Part shown: piece after piece, positions 9,115-17,405 of the stretch
How positions within the stretch are numbered: position 1 is the first letter of the stretch
Layout of the letters: each line of letters begins with the position of its first letter
Source of the DNA: a virus
Lineage: Duplodnaviria; Caudoviricetes
Reading direction: 5' to 3' (one strand)
Length of the DNA stretch: 64,000 bases
IMG/VR virus record: IMGVR_UViG_3300024507_000285
Notes under the pieces: generated by a model
Seen by the model: only the letters and a program-made list of their open reading frames with translations
Told to the model about the DNA's origin: nothing
The model's database searches: none
Made by a program: the position numbers and the translations under genes

Positions 9115-9935
9115 AGTGCTTTCAACCAGGGTAGATATTTAGTAGCAATGAGAGTGTGATAATCTTTATTATAATGTTCGTTGTCTTCGATAAAATATTT
9201 TGTATGGTCAATATTTTTATCTAAAAAGAATTTTTCAACGGTCTTAGGTGCTAATGTTGTAGCTTTTAATTGTCCGTAGTAGTTATAAACATCGGGAAAT
9301 TTCAATCTTTCTGTAAAATTAAAAAGATATAATTTAGCATTGTTTTCAAAACAAATTCTATCCCAGGCAAAGATTTGTAAACCAAAATCTCTTTTTTCTA
9401 AAAAAGAGTTTAATTCAAAAAATAATTTAACCTGCATATAAGTATTTTTTCTTAGATCAGGTTCTAATAATCCTTTCTCAGCAGATAAATTCATACCGGG
9501 AAATTTTGAATAATCGTCGTATGTGGGTTTATTGAATAATTGAAGTTTGTCTTTAACTACCGTATTGTCAACGTATCTAGAAATTAAAGAATTATCACTA
9601 TCACATTTTAATTTAAAATGATCTACAGGAATAACATCGTCGGATAATTCATTATCAAATCCTATTGTAAAACGATTTAAAGGTGCTACACATAGAAATA
9701 CTTCATCAATGTCGTTATATTCTTCAAACATCGATTTTAACCAGTCTGTATACACACGATTGTTTACACCTGCCATTGCATATATAGCCGCAGGTTTGTT
9801 TAGTTCGGACGAATAAATTTCTCCGTAATTATTTTCATTCCAGTAAGAAAAACTTCCTGGACCAATTTTTCCAGGAATACTATGGTATCCACAAGTATGA
9901 CTATCTCCAATAAACAACGATCTTGACATTACCAC
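9111..9935 (-). CDS. SGNH/GDSL hydrolase-like protein
   Basis: LFIGDSH, AMAGVNN, terminal DNEHY (DxxH). Confidence 0.6.
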   Translation of the reverse strand: MVMSRSLFIGDSHTCGYHSIPGKIGPGSFSYWNENNYGEIYSSELNKPAAIYAMAGVNNRVYTDWLKSMFEEYNDIDEVFLCVAPLNRFTIGFDNELSDDVIPVDHFKLKCDSDNSLISRYVDNTVVKDKLQLFNKPTYDDYSKFPGMNLSAEKGLLEPDLRKNTYMQVKLFFELNSFLEKRDFGLQIFAWDRICFENNAKLYLFNFTERLKFPDVYNYYGQLKATTLAPKTVEKFFLDKNIDHTKYFIEDNEHYNKDYHTLIATKYLPWLKAL

Positions 9936-10321
9936 TTCCTATAATTACCTCGTTCTGGAATAACGTGTCTAACCCCACCAGTGGGATCTTCCATATCGCC
10001 TGTTCGTCTTGGAATTAAATGTACATGAGGCCACGGAACCGTTTGTCCTGCTGATTGGCCATAGTTAAGACCAATATTAAACCCATCCCATTCTCCGGTG
10101 CCTACACGTTTAATTCCATCTTTAACTGCATCTTCAAAACAATCCATTAGCACATCAATAGTATTGTATTTAGGCACAAAAAGAAGATGGCCATCAGTAA
10201 CAGGATACTTATCTCTAAATACTCTAACATGATAGTCTTCCTCTACAAGTTCGGTCCACGGTGCTTTTGAATCTTCAATAAAATCAGGCTCCGACGGAAA
10301 TACTTTATGTTCGTGTTTCAT
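9929..10321 (-). CDS. HIT family nucleotide hydrolase
   Basis: DKYPVTDGHLLFVPK, GFNIGLN.GQ.AGQTV, PHVHLIPRR. Confidence 0.9.
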   Translation of the reverse strand: MKHEHKVFPSEPDFIEDSKAPWTELVEEDYHVRVFRDKYPVTDGHLLFVPKYNTIDVLMDCFEDAVKDGIKRVGTGEWDGFNIGLNYGQSAGQTVPWPHVHLIPRRTGDMEDPTGGVRHVIPERGNYRKW

Positions 10322-10905
10322 TTTGACCACCACTCTTCCCAAGGAAAATCAACCCATACATCCTCTTCTGCTTTGTTAATTTCCATGCCAACAAAATCCA
10401 TTTTTACATTACACTTACTAGCAAGATTATCAACTAAAACAGCAAATTTAACATTTTCGTTCCAAACTTCGTTCCACGAGTCGTCTCCTGGAAAACAACT
10501 AGAGCGCCAATCATCCATAATCCAATTAAAGGTAGCGCCACTATCGTTTATATCGTCTACAATTAAAATATTTTTGTAAGTAGCCCCGTCTTCTAACAAA
10601 CCACTAGCTACATCTAAAATACTTCCAATGTCGTTAGCATCGTCAATTATACGATCCTTAGTTGGAGGACCAAGTGCATCTTCTGCCATCCACATATTGC
10701 TTTCTCCACCGCTGCCATCTCTTAAACTAACATTTAAAGTCCACATTGGTACATTAAGATAATGACTCAACAATACAGCGGGAATAAGGCCACCGCGAGT
10801 TAGGCCAACAATATAATCTGGCTTCCAATATCCTGTTGCAATATTTCTTCCAATTTTTGAAACCAACCCTGTCATTTCATGCTGGTTGATTATGAGCTTT
10901 TTCAT
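10318..10905 (-). CDS. Purine (xanthine/guanine-type) phosphoribosyltransferase
   Basis: VGLTRGGLIPA, PRPP-binding ILIVDDINDSGAT, terminal WVDFPWE as in Gpt. Confidence 0.85.
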   Translation of the reverse strand: MKKLIINQHEMTGLVSKIGRNIATGYWKPDYIVGLTRGGLIPAVLLSHYLNVPMWTLNVSLRDGSGGESNMWMAEDALGPPTKDRIIDDANDIGSILDVASGLLEDGATYKNILIVDDINDSGATFNWIMDDWRSSCFPGDDSWNEVWNENVKFAVLVDNLASKCNVKMDFVGMEINKAEEDVWVDFPWEEWWSK

Positions 10906-11323
10906 ATCTCTCCTTTAGATACTCTTCATGTTGTATCCATTTACCGTTAACATCAAAACCCCAATCGCGTTGTTTAGGACCAGGCATAAAAATAGTCCAG
11001 CACTCAACACCTGGTTCTAATTCAACACGATGAAAGCTATTAGCACTACAAGTTCTAAAATGACCAGGACCTCTCCAGAATCTTCCTTCTGGAGTAGTTT
11101 CCCAGTAACCACCTTTGAGAATTAGTGTAGCATAAGGCCAAGGATGATCGTGTAAATCGTCCGGATCACCTTTTAAGAATTTGTGTAAAAAGATATTAAA
11201 TGGAAAACGATCTCTATCTTTTAGAAAAAGATAGTAACGTTCTAAATATGGTTCGTTTACTTCTCGATCCATAACGATACGTTTACGACCCATACCTTCT
11301 AAAAGATTAAGAAACCATTTCAT
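10877..11323 (-). CDS. Cupin-domain protein (start moved to MKWFLN)
   Basis: LHDHPW and FHRVEL cupin motifs; AAAGGA RBS before 11323. Confidence 0.7.
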   Translation of the reverse strand: MKWFLNLLEGMGRKRIVMDREVNEPYLERYYLFLKDRDRFPFNIFLHKFLKGDPDDLHDHPWPYATLILKGGYWETTPEGRFWRGPGHFRTCSANSFHRVELEPGVECWTIFMPGPKQRDWGFDVNGKWIQHEEYLKERYEKAHNQPA

Positions 11324-11535
11324 GTGCGATCCTTTAACCATGCGTCTACTTTTGCTTCTGCTTCTTCTTGTGTAACAGCATAAGCATAGATCCAAAAACA
11401 ATCATCTTTACCTTTGATATCAAAAGGAACACTACCGTTAAACAGGATTCCTTCTTCTAACATACGTTTTACTTCAAATTTCTTTAAATTTCTTGCACGA
11501 TTAATTAAATCGTTAGCCATGTCTACTGAATTCAT
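11320..11535 (-). CDS. Small hypothetical protein
   Basis: 71 aa, coupled on both sides. Confidence 0.6.
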   Translation of the reverse strand: MNSVDMANDLINRARNLKKFEVKRMLEEGILFNGSVPFDIKGKDDCFWIYAYAVTQEEAEAKVDAWLKDRT

Positions 11536-12278
11536 CTTGGGGCAAACTCCTGTTGTAGTTTAATGTTATCAAAGAATTCTTTCTTTGTACCAGGATCATC
11601 TTTAAACGCACCTTTGAGTACGGTGGTCTGTGTAAGACTAGAATGTGCCATAATACCACGATTCTCACAGCATCCGTGTACTGCTTGAATATAAACGCCT
11701 AGGTCTCTAGCTTCTGTGGCTTTTTCGATCTCCCGAGCAATGTCATTAGCAAGTTCCTCCTGGAGAGTACCACGTCGGGCACACCACTGGGCGATTCTTG
11801 TGTATTTGCTGAGTCCGATGAGCTTTTGGGCAGCAATAATACCAATATAAGCAACGCCAGTAACGGGTTGGTGATGATGGCTACACATACTGCGAAGCTC
11901 GCTACGAACAACCAACATACCTTCGTAACGGTCCTCCGAGTCATTTGGAAACGCTGTTGCTGATGGTTTTGGGTCATATCTTCCTGCCATTATTTCGTTA
12001 AAATACATCTTAGCAAGGCGACGTGCTGTGCCTTTACTATTAGGATCGTTTTCACGATCAATTAGCAACCGATCAAGCACTAGTTCAAATGCCTCTGTTG
12101 CTTCGTCAATTAGTCGTTCTTTATCGCCTTCGTGTAAAAAGTCGCTGATATTATCGCCAGCCCAAAAGCGTTTGCCCTCACGTTTCATTTTAAAACGAAG
12201 ATGATCGCCTAAGTATGCTTCTTCGTAACCACCGTTCCCTGCCATTGCGTCCAGGGCTGTTTCTTTTTTATCTGTCAA
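11532..12278 (-). CDS. folE: GTP cyclohydrolase I (TTG start)
   Basis: SMCSHHH, GLSKY, R-G-T-L-QE, HGCCENRG; GGAGA RBS. Confidence 0.93.
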   Translation of the reverse strand: MTDKKETALDAMAGNGGYEEAYLGDHLRFKMKREGKRFWAGDNISDFLHEGDKERLIDEATEAFELVLDRLLIDRENDPNSKGTARRLAKMYFNEIMAGRYDPKPSATAFPNDSEDRYEGMLVVRSELRSMCSHHHQPVTGVAYIGIIAAQKLIGLSKYTRIAQWCARRGTLQEELANDIAREIEKATEARDLGVYIQAVHGCCENRGIMAHSSLTQTTVLKGAFKDDPGTKKEFFDNIKLQQEFAPR

Positions 12279-12317
12279 TTAAATTTCTCCGAGTTAATGT
12301 CGTGGATGACATATTAG

Positions 12318-13379
12318 TTATTTTAACATATCTAATAGGTTATCGCAACTAAAATAGTTTTCTTTTAGTTTTGTTACTTGTTTATTTAGGCGAGGTAGAT
12401 AAGATTTATAATTTTCCATATAGTGAATAACTCGATCTACAACAGCACTTCTGTATTTTTTATAGCTGTCAAATGATTCTGTCCATTCGCTAGGATATTT
12501 GAAATCCTCCATTGACATTTCGCTGTAACTTAAACGATCTGGAACCATAGGTATTGCATCAACAATTGCACCTTCATACCAACTAATACCTAGTGTTTCT
12601 TGCAGGTTAGCACTAAACACAAGTTTAGCTTCTCCTAAGAAATTATGATATTCGTTTTTGGTTAGTTGGCGTTCTTGACAAACAACAAATTCATACTGCG
12701 GTAACTGCTCTTTAAGATCATTAAAAATGTCAACTTGTTTTTCAGGAGCAATACGATGAGGAAAAAGGATTAGATCTTTTTTAGCCATTCCTTTATATTG
12801 CAATAAAGTATCTTCCATATACTCCATTGGCCAACCAGTACGAGTCATTTTATAATAATTTTCTGGTCCGTACATACCGCCAAACAAATTCTTATTAAAC
12901 ATTTCGATATGAAATTGAGTAGCAAAGTAGTTGTGGTCGAACGCATGAAAGAAACTTTTCTCAGCGTGTCTAACCCAGGGAGCATCGCCGATGAGTCTGC
13001 CTAGAAAGTCTTGAGGATCGTATGACCCAGCATGCCATAAGCCATGTGTGGTTACTGGAATGTTCAATAACTCACTCATGTACTTTAAATTTATGATACC
13101 AGGATGCCAAGCATCAGTAAACAAAAAGTGATCGCCGGGATGAACGGCTCCGTTACAAAATAAACGCCCCATCTGCTCAACTTGGCTAGACTTATAGATA
13201 TTAGTCCCGCCAAAATTAAGAAAGGCGCCAGGAGTAGTGGCACTAGGAATGTCCGTAGGACCAGATATAATTTGAACATTGTGACCTGCCTTTCGAAGAA
13301 GTGAAGGTAAATGGGTTTTCCACTCGCCTGTATAGCGAGTTTCTACTGCTTCAAGGTCAACGAGGAAAACCCTTGCCAT
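12318..13379 (-). CDS. GT-B fold glycosyltransferase (GT4-like; start moved to MARVFLVD)
   Basis: FPHRIAPEKQ and ETLGISWYE (E-x7-E) nucleotide-sugar binding motifs; DAIPMVPD. Confidence 0.75.
   Translation of the reverse strand: MARVFLVDLEAVETRYTGEWKTHLPSLLRKAGHNVQIISGPTDIPSATTPGAFLNFGGTNIYKSSQVEQMGRLFCNGAVHPGDHFLFTDAWHPGIINLKYMSELLNIPVTTHGLWHAGSYDPQDFLGRLIGDAPWVRHAEKSFFHAFDHNYFATQFHIEMFNKNLFGGMYGPENYYKMTRTGWPMEYMEDTLLQYKGMAKKDLILFPHRIAPEKQVDIFNDLKEQLPQYEFVVCQERQLTKNEYHNFLGEAKLVFSANLQETLGISWYEGAIVDAIPMVPDRLSYSEMSMEDFKYPSEWTESFDSYKKYRSAVVDRVIHYMENYKSYLPRLNKQVTKLKENYFSCDNLLDMLK
12320..12348 (-). promoter_or_regulatory. Possible sigma70 promoter TTGCGA-N17-TAAAAT for folE
   Basis: Hexamers at 12343-12348 and 12320-12325. 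Confidence 0.4.
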
Positions 13380-13380
13380 A

Positions 13381-13641
13381 TTAACGACCCCTGCGATCGT
13401 AATTTCGATTGTCGTAGTTACGACCTTCGAATCTTGGTTTATTTCCTTGGTAAGGTCGACGTGGTCGCTTACTTGCCAAGTATGCACCATAATTAGGTGC
13501 ATCTTTACGATACAACTCCGCTGGATCAAAATTGCGAAGTTCGAAGCGACACCAGTCGTAGTATGCTTCTAGATCATCCCAAACTTTTACAACGTCCGGG
13601 CGGTTTTCAAAATAGGAATAATCCTTATAATTACGAGCCAT
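13381..13641 (-). CDS. Hypothetical protein with Arg/Gly/Asn-rich tail
   Basis: 86 aa, AAGGA RBS. Confidence 0.65.
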   Translation of the reverse strand: MARNYKDYSYFENRPDVVKVWDDLEAYYDWCRFELRNFDPAELYRKDAPNYGAYLASKRPRRPYQGNKPRFEGRNYDNRNYDRRGR

Positions 13642-13653
13642 TATAGCTTTCCT

Positions 13654-14043
13654 TTAGTACTTGATGAAACTACCATTTTCTCCGTCTTCGGAGACCTCAA
13701 TCCAAACCTCACGGTCGGGATACTTTTTGCTAATCATGTCATATAAATCATCTGACATCATTTCGCAACTTTTAAAATCTAAACTCAGTGTAGCATCTGC
13801 GTAGAGATTTTGCAACCAACGTTTAAATTGAATAAACTCAATATCGCGGTCATTGTGAGTAACACCAATCCATACCTTAAAATGGAAGATATGTCGATGT
13901 GGATAGCCTAGGAAACTTACATCATATTCATCACCTGTTGCTAGGTTAGGATCTGTAAGTGCTGCGGGATATTTGTGCATACCTTCTTTTTGAAAGGTAA
14001 CCCAAATCATTTTGTTAGGACGAATGTCTTGTTTGATAATCAT
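13654..14043 (-). CDS. Non-canonical QueD/PTPS-like T-fold protein (DpdL-like)
   Basis: EGMH, LGYPHRHIF, SCE, VSEDGENG; lacks QueD CxxxHGH. Confidence 0.7.
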   Translation of the reverse strand: MIIKQDIRPNKMIWVTFQKEGMHKYPAALTDPNLATGDEYDVSFLGYPHRHIFHFKVWIGVTHNDRDIEFIQFKRWLQNLYADATLSLDFKSCEMMSDDLYDMISKKYPDREVWIEVSEDGENGSFIKY

Positions 14044-14255
14044 ATTTGCATCAAGCCGTCGCACAGCTCTTTAATTTCATCTCTGGTCATATTAAAGTTA
14101 TAGATACTTGAAGTATCAACTTTACCTTGTTTATTTAGGCTTTCTTGCACAAAGTCTAAACTAATAAGACCTTTTGGAGCAATACATTCGTTTGCTACAA
14201 CCTTTAAACGAAAGCCGGGATTTTCATGTACAACAAATTCTTTTTTAACTCTCAT
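14040..14255 (-). CDS. Small hypothetical protein
   Basis: 71 aa, ATGA coupling. Confidence 0.6.
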   Translation of the reverse strand: MRVKKEFVVHENPGFRLKVVANECIAPKGLISLDFVQESLNKQGKVDTSSIYNFNMTRDEIKELCDGLMQI

Positions 14256-14632
14256 CTTTGCAAAGCCTCCATCATAATAATTTTTGCTAAACGATCACCT
14301 AAATCTTCTGCTTCTGTAATAACATGCATAGTATTTTGATTACGATCTCTATTACGATCATAACTACGAGTTTCTACAACGTATCCACCACTTGCTTTAT
14401 AAATCTGTAGTCGCATACCTTCGGAAGATAGTTTATCTTCTTCAACATAGATACCACGATCTGCTTCGATATCGTCTTGATGGTCCATTAACCAGTTGCG
14501 AAAACGTTGTTTTAAAGTTAGTTTCATTTCTTTCTTTCTTGCCTTTTTAATTTTATTCAATCCGTAACCAGGTGTTCTTGCGATTGACTTTTGGCCAATG
14601 GCGTAGCCTGCTGATACTTGTCCAGTACTCAT
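14252..14632 (-). CDS. Hypothetical protein
   Basis: 126 aa, ATGA coupling. Confidence 0.6.
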   Translation of the reverse strand: MSTGQVSAGYAIGQKSIARTPGYGLNKIKKARKKEMKLTLKQRFRNWLMDHQDDIEADRGIYVEEDKLSSEGMRLQIYKASGGYVVETRSYDRNRDRNQNTMHVITEAEDLGDRLAKIIMMEALQR

Positions 14633-15162
14633 TTAATAATTTCATCCTTGCCATATTGATCCCAATCTGTGAAGCGATCTCTTCCCAGAAGGTCCTGTAG
14701 GTTATGACACCATACCCCAGGATTAGTTGCTGAAAAATCTTTGTCGTCGATTTTAAGAGTGGCGTTATAACCTAGTTGATTAATATAAGGTAATTTTACA
14801 CTGATCTGCGGAATAAATCTACGTTTTTCGGTAAGACCGCTTTCAAGCAATCCTTCCGTTTCGCTGACATCAAAATCAAGAGTACACCAGAAACCGTCTT
14901 CGGCGTCTAAGCATACATAGATCATATCTTCCCAAGGACGCCAGGTTTCAACATCATTGACGCCGTTAGTTTTAAAACTTTGGTTAGCACCAAAATAGAT
15001 ATGTTTGCAGTCGTTATTACGAGCAAGTTCCATAATAACATATGGATCATGAACGCCTACAACAAAAAGAGTTTTCATTCCAAAGGCAGGAGTCTTTTCA
15101 ATTTCGACTCCTGTAAAGAAGGTGATGTTGTTTTCAACACCAGTGGAGTAATCACGTTTCAT
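14629..15162 (-). CDS. Hypothetical alpha/beta protein in deazaguanine cluster
   Basis: 177 aa; TLFVVG, HIYFGAN, KIDDKDF...NPGVWCH. Confidence 0.7.
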   Translation of the reverse strand: MKRDYSTGVENNITFFTGVEIEKTPAFGMKTLFVVGVHDPYVIMELARNNDCKHIYFGANQSFKTNGVNDVETWRPWEDMIYVCLDAEDGFWCTLDFDVSETEGLLESGLTEKRRFIPQISVKLPYINQLGYNATLKIDDKDFSATNPGVWCHNLQDLLGRDRFTDWDQYGKDEIIK

Positions 15163-15317
15163 TTTTTAAAAAGATTTTTAATTGACGTAAGTAAATTATA
15201 ATATCTTGCTTTGTAATTGTCAACAAGAATTTGGTTAACCACAGATTGATGAGGACATCTTCCTTGATTCCAAGTACAATTTGGTTGAACGTCTTCTTTA
15301 CAATATGTACATTTCAT
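15159..15317 (-). CDS. Small Cys-rich ORF missing from the ORF track (52 aa)
   Basis: Manual translation MKCTYCKEDVQPNCTWNQGRCPHQ...LFKK*; ATGA overlaps at both ends. Confidence 0.6.
   Translation of the reverse strand: MKCTYCKEDVQPNCTWNQGRCPHQSVVNQILVDNYKARYYNLLTSIKNLFKK
15195..15223 (-). promoter_or_regulatory. Consensus sigma70 promoter TTGACA-N17-TATAAT
   Basis: Perfect hexamers at 15218-15223 and 15195-15200, upstream of the 177-aa/DpdL-like/GT genes. Confidence 0.7.
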
Positions 15318-15496
15318 TCTTCTAGACCTGCTTGTTTAGCCTGCAATAAAACAATTTCATCTTTTAAAAATAATCTTTGTTTTTTTAATTCTTCTAGTCT
15401 TAAGTCTTCAAATAGCCCATTTTTTTCTAGCGTGTCGATTTGTTTATTCAACACTCGATGTGCTTCTTCTAAATGTTTAATTCTATTTTCGTACAT
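15314..15496 (-). CDS. YdcH/DUF465-like small coiled-coil protein
   Basis: HRVLNKQI...LEELKKQRLFLKDEI; GGAG RBS. Confidence 0.6.
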   Translation of the reverse strand: MYENRIKHLEEAHRVLNKQIDTLEKNGLFEDLRLEELKKQRLFLKDEIVLLQAKQAGLEE

Positions 15497-15505
15497 AAAA
15501 ACTCC

Positions 15506-17056
15506 TTATTCAACTTTAAGATTATCTAATGCTTCGTCTTCTCTATCATCAGTCCAAGAAGTTTCATCTTCTGATTCTTCATAGAACAATGTATCTGCAA
15601 TGTTAGTAACACCGCCACGTAGTCGAGCACCTTCTAAGTTCTGTAAGAAACCAAGTCGTTCAGCTTCTGCAATCATAGTAAATGCTTCATCTTTAGTTTT
15701 AAGAGCAAACAATTCTTCAACAAACTGATTAAAGTACAAAATATTACGAGGTACCCATTCCGAACGTTCATCGCTCTTATCGTTGTCTTTTACTTTACGC
15801 CAGTGTCTCCAATCTGGTTTGTAACTAGCGTATTCAATATCTGCAAGATTGTTTGCACGTTGAACAGCACGAATATGACATTCAACATTATGACCCATCA
15901 TTAGAGCATAAGCAAAACTATCCCAACTAGTTTTACCTTCCTTGCCAATCTTGTTTAACATTCCTGGAGCATAGTGGCAGATATCCGCGACCGTAAGTCT
16001 CCTACCAAAATCGGACTCGAAAGGAAAAGGTATATCGTGCCGTCCGGCAAGACCCTTATTGTCCGGGGCTTTATCCATGATAACACTGAATCGCTTATTG
16101 GTATGTTGGGCGTTAGTATATACCAATCCGTGAGCTGTTGCGATGAAAGGTGAAGCGCAGTCAAAGGAAATTGTGAAGTTTTCATTTACGTGTTTTCTAA
16201 TTTGACGTTGAATGCTTGTTAAGTAACAAGCCCAATCCAGCTGTGCGGTACCCAAGAAGTGCATCCAATCCTTGCCTTCTAGCATACCATCAAAACGCAT
16301 AGTGATTAGTCTGCGTAGTGTAATAGGCATTTTGCACATATTAGCACCACCCATAGCCCAACCTTCTGCGGCTTTGTCTCCATACTTGTTTGTATCGGAA
16401 TATTCTTTTACACCCTGGTACCACGCTTCTGCGTTTTCCCAGTTGCTACCTTGTAAAACATTTAATAGCTTAGTGCCGCCTTCTTTGGCACCTAAACGAT
16501 TTTGAATAAAGTATTCGTTATTAAAACGAGTCTTTTCTAAACAATCTTCAAACGATTTTAATCCTGTCTTTGGGCTGTGAATGTGATCACAAGCCCATGT
16601 CGGAACGTCTAGCATCATTGACCAATCAGCAGTTACGTCTAACCAAGTTAAAATCTTTTCGCGAGTTTTATTTGCTTCAGTACCTTCAAAGTTTTGCCAG
16701 TCAAACTTAATAACACCTTTACCGATCTGATAACCGCCTGAATCTCCTAAGATCATTGTCTTTGAACGATCACGCTGTTGAATCATAGATTCTTGCGTCA
16801 TAGACTTAGTAATGTCTAATTGAGCATGACCCGCTGAATACAAGGCAAATTTATAATAAAAATATCCTTGTTCGGGATTTAAAAAATTCATACCTTCAAT
16901 ACCGCGATCAAAGTCTTTAGGAATGCGGTCATCTGGAATAAATTTTTCTAAACGTTGTTTTGCAACGTATGTAGAATAGAAAGAACTAATAGCTGGTAAG
17001 TATACCGCATAGTCCTTTTGTAGTGGTGTTAAATCAACTGGTGGTTGTTTCTTCAT
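15506..17056 (-). CDS. dpdA: DpdA-type 7-deazaguanine DNA transglycosylase (TGT fold)
   Basis: GDSGGYQ, MMLDVP, VLQG, GWAMGG, HFLG, SFDCASP map in order onto TGT motifs; no bacterial-TGT CxCxxC. Confidence 0.82.
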   Translation of the reverse strand: MKKQPPVDLTPLQKDYAVYLPAISSFYSTYVAKQRLEKFIPDDRIPKDFDRGIEGMNFLNPEQGYFYYKFALYSAGHAQLDITKSMTQESMIQQRDRSKTMILGDSGGYQIGKGVIKFDWQNFEGTEANKTREKILTWLDVTADWSMMLDVPTWACDHIHSPKTGLKSFEDCLEKTRFNNEYFIQNRLGAKEGGTKLLNVLQGSNWENAEAWYQGVKEYSDTNKYGDKAAEGWAMGGANMCKMPITLRRLITMRFDGMLEGKDWMHFLGTAQLDWACYLTSIQRQIRKHVNENFTISFDCASPFIATAHGLVYTNAQHTNKRFSVIMDKAPDNKGLAGRHDIPFPFESDFGRRLTVADICHYAPGMLNKIGKEGKTSWDSFAYALMMGHNVECHIRAVQRANNLADIEYASYKPDWRHWRKVKDNDKSDERSEWVPRNILYFNQFVEELFALKTKDEAFTMIAEAERLGFLQNLEGARLRGGVTNIADTLFYEESEDETSWTDDREDEALDNLKVE

Positions 17057-17405
17057 TTTCTCTCGCTAGTATTGATGTAAGTTCTAATCTTGTCTTTGCC
17101 TGTTCTAGTTGGTCTAATGCTATACGGACTGCTTTATTAGTTGTGGCCAACTTGTACCATTCTTCTTCCTGCTTCATACGTTTAATAGCCCAGTCAATGG
17201 CCTTTTCTGCTTCATTATTTAGGCCTACGTTTGCAGATCCTGCATAAATTTTCATCCAAGAATTGCCATCAAACACTTCCATATCGGAACCGTTTAATCT
17301 CAACATGCCTTGTGAAGGATTATTATGATTCATTGACACATAGGGAAGCGAACTTCCCCCTGCGGCATACATATGTTTGCTGGAACTATTAACGTTATTA
17401 ATCAT
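17034..17405 (-). CDS. Hypothetical protein
   Basis: 123 aa, TAATG coupling. Confidence 0.6.
   Translation of the reverse strand: MINNVNSSSKHMYAAGGSSLPYVSMNHNNPSQGMLRLNGSDMEVFDGNSWMKIYAGSANVGLNNEAEKAIDWAIKRMKQEEEWYKLATTNKAVRIALDQLEQAKTRLELTSILARENEETTTS

Noticed and set aside
12279-12317. Hairpin AUGUC-AUCCAC-GACAU in folE leader as a preQ1 riboswitch
   Set aside because: Lacks the preQ1-I loop consensus and A-rich 3' tail; only a 5-bp stem
15506-17056. Ordinary tRNA-guanine transglycosylase (Tgt)
   Set aside because: Lacks the CxCxxC zinc site, is longer and sits next to replication genes; DpdA-type more likely, though not proven
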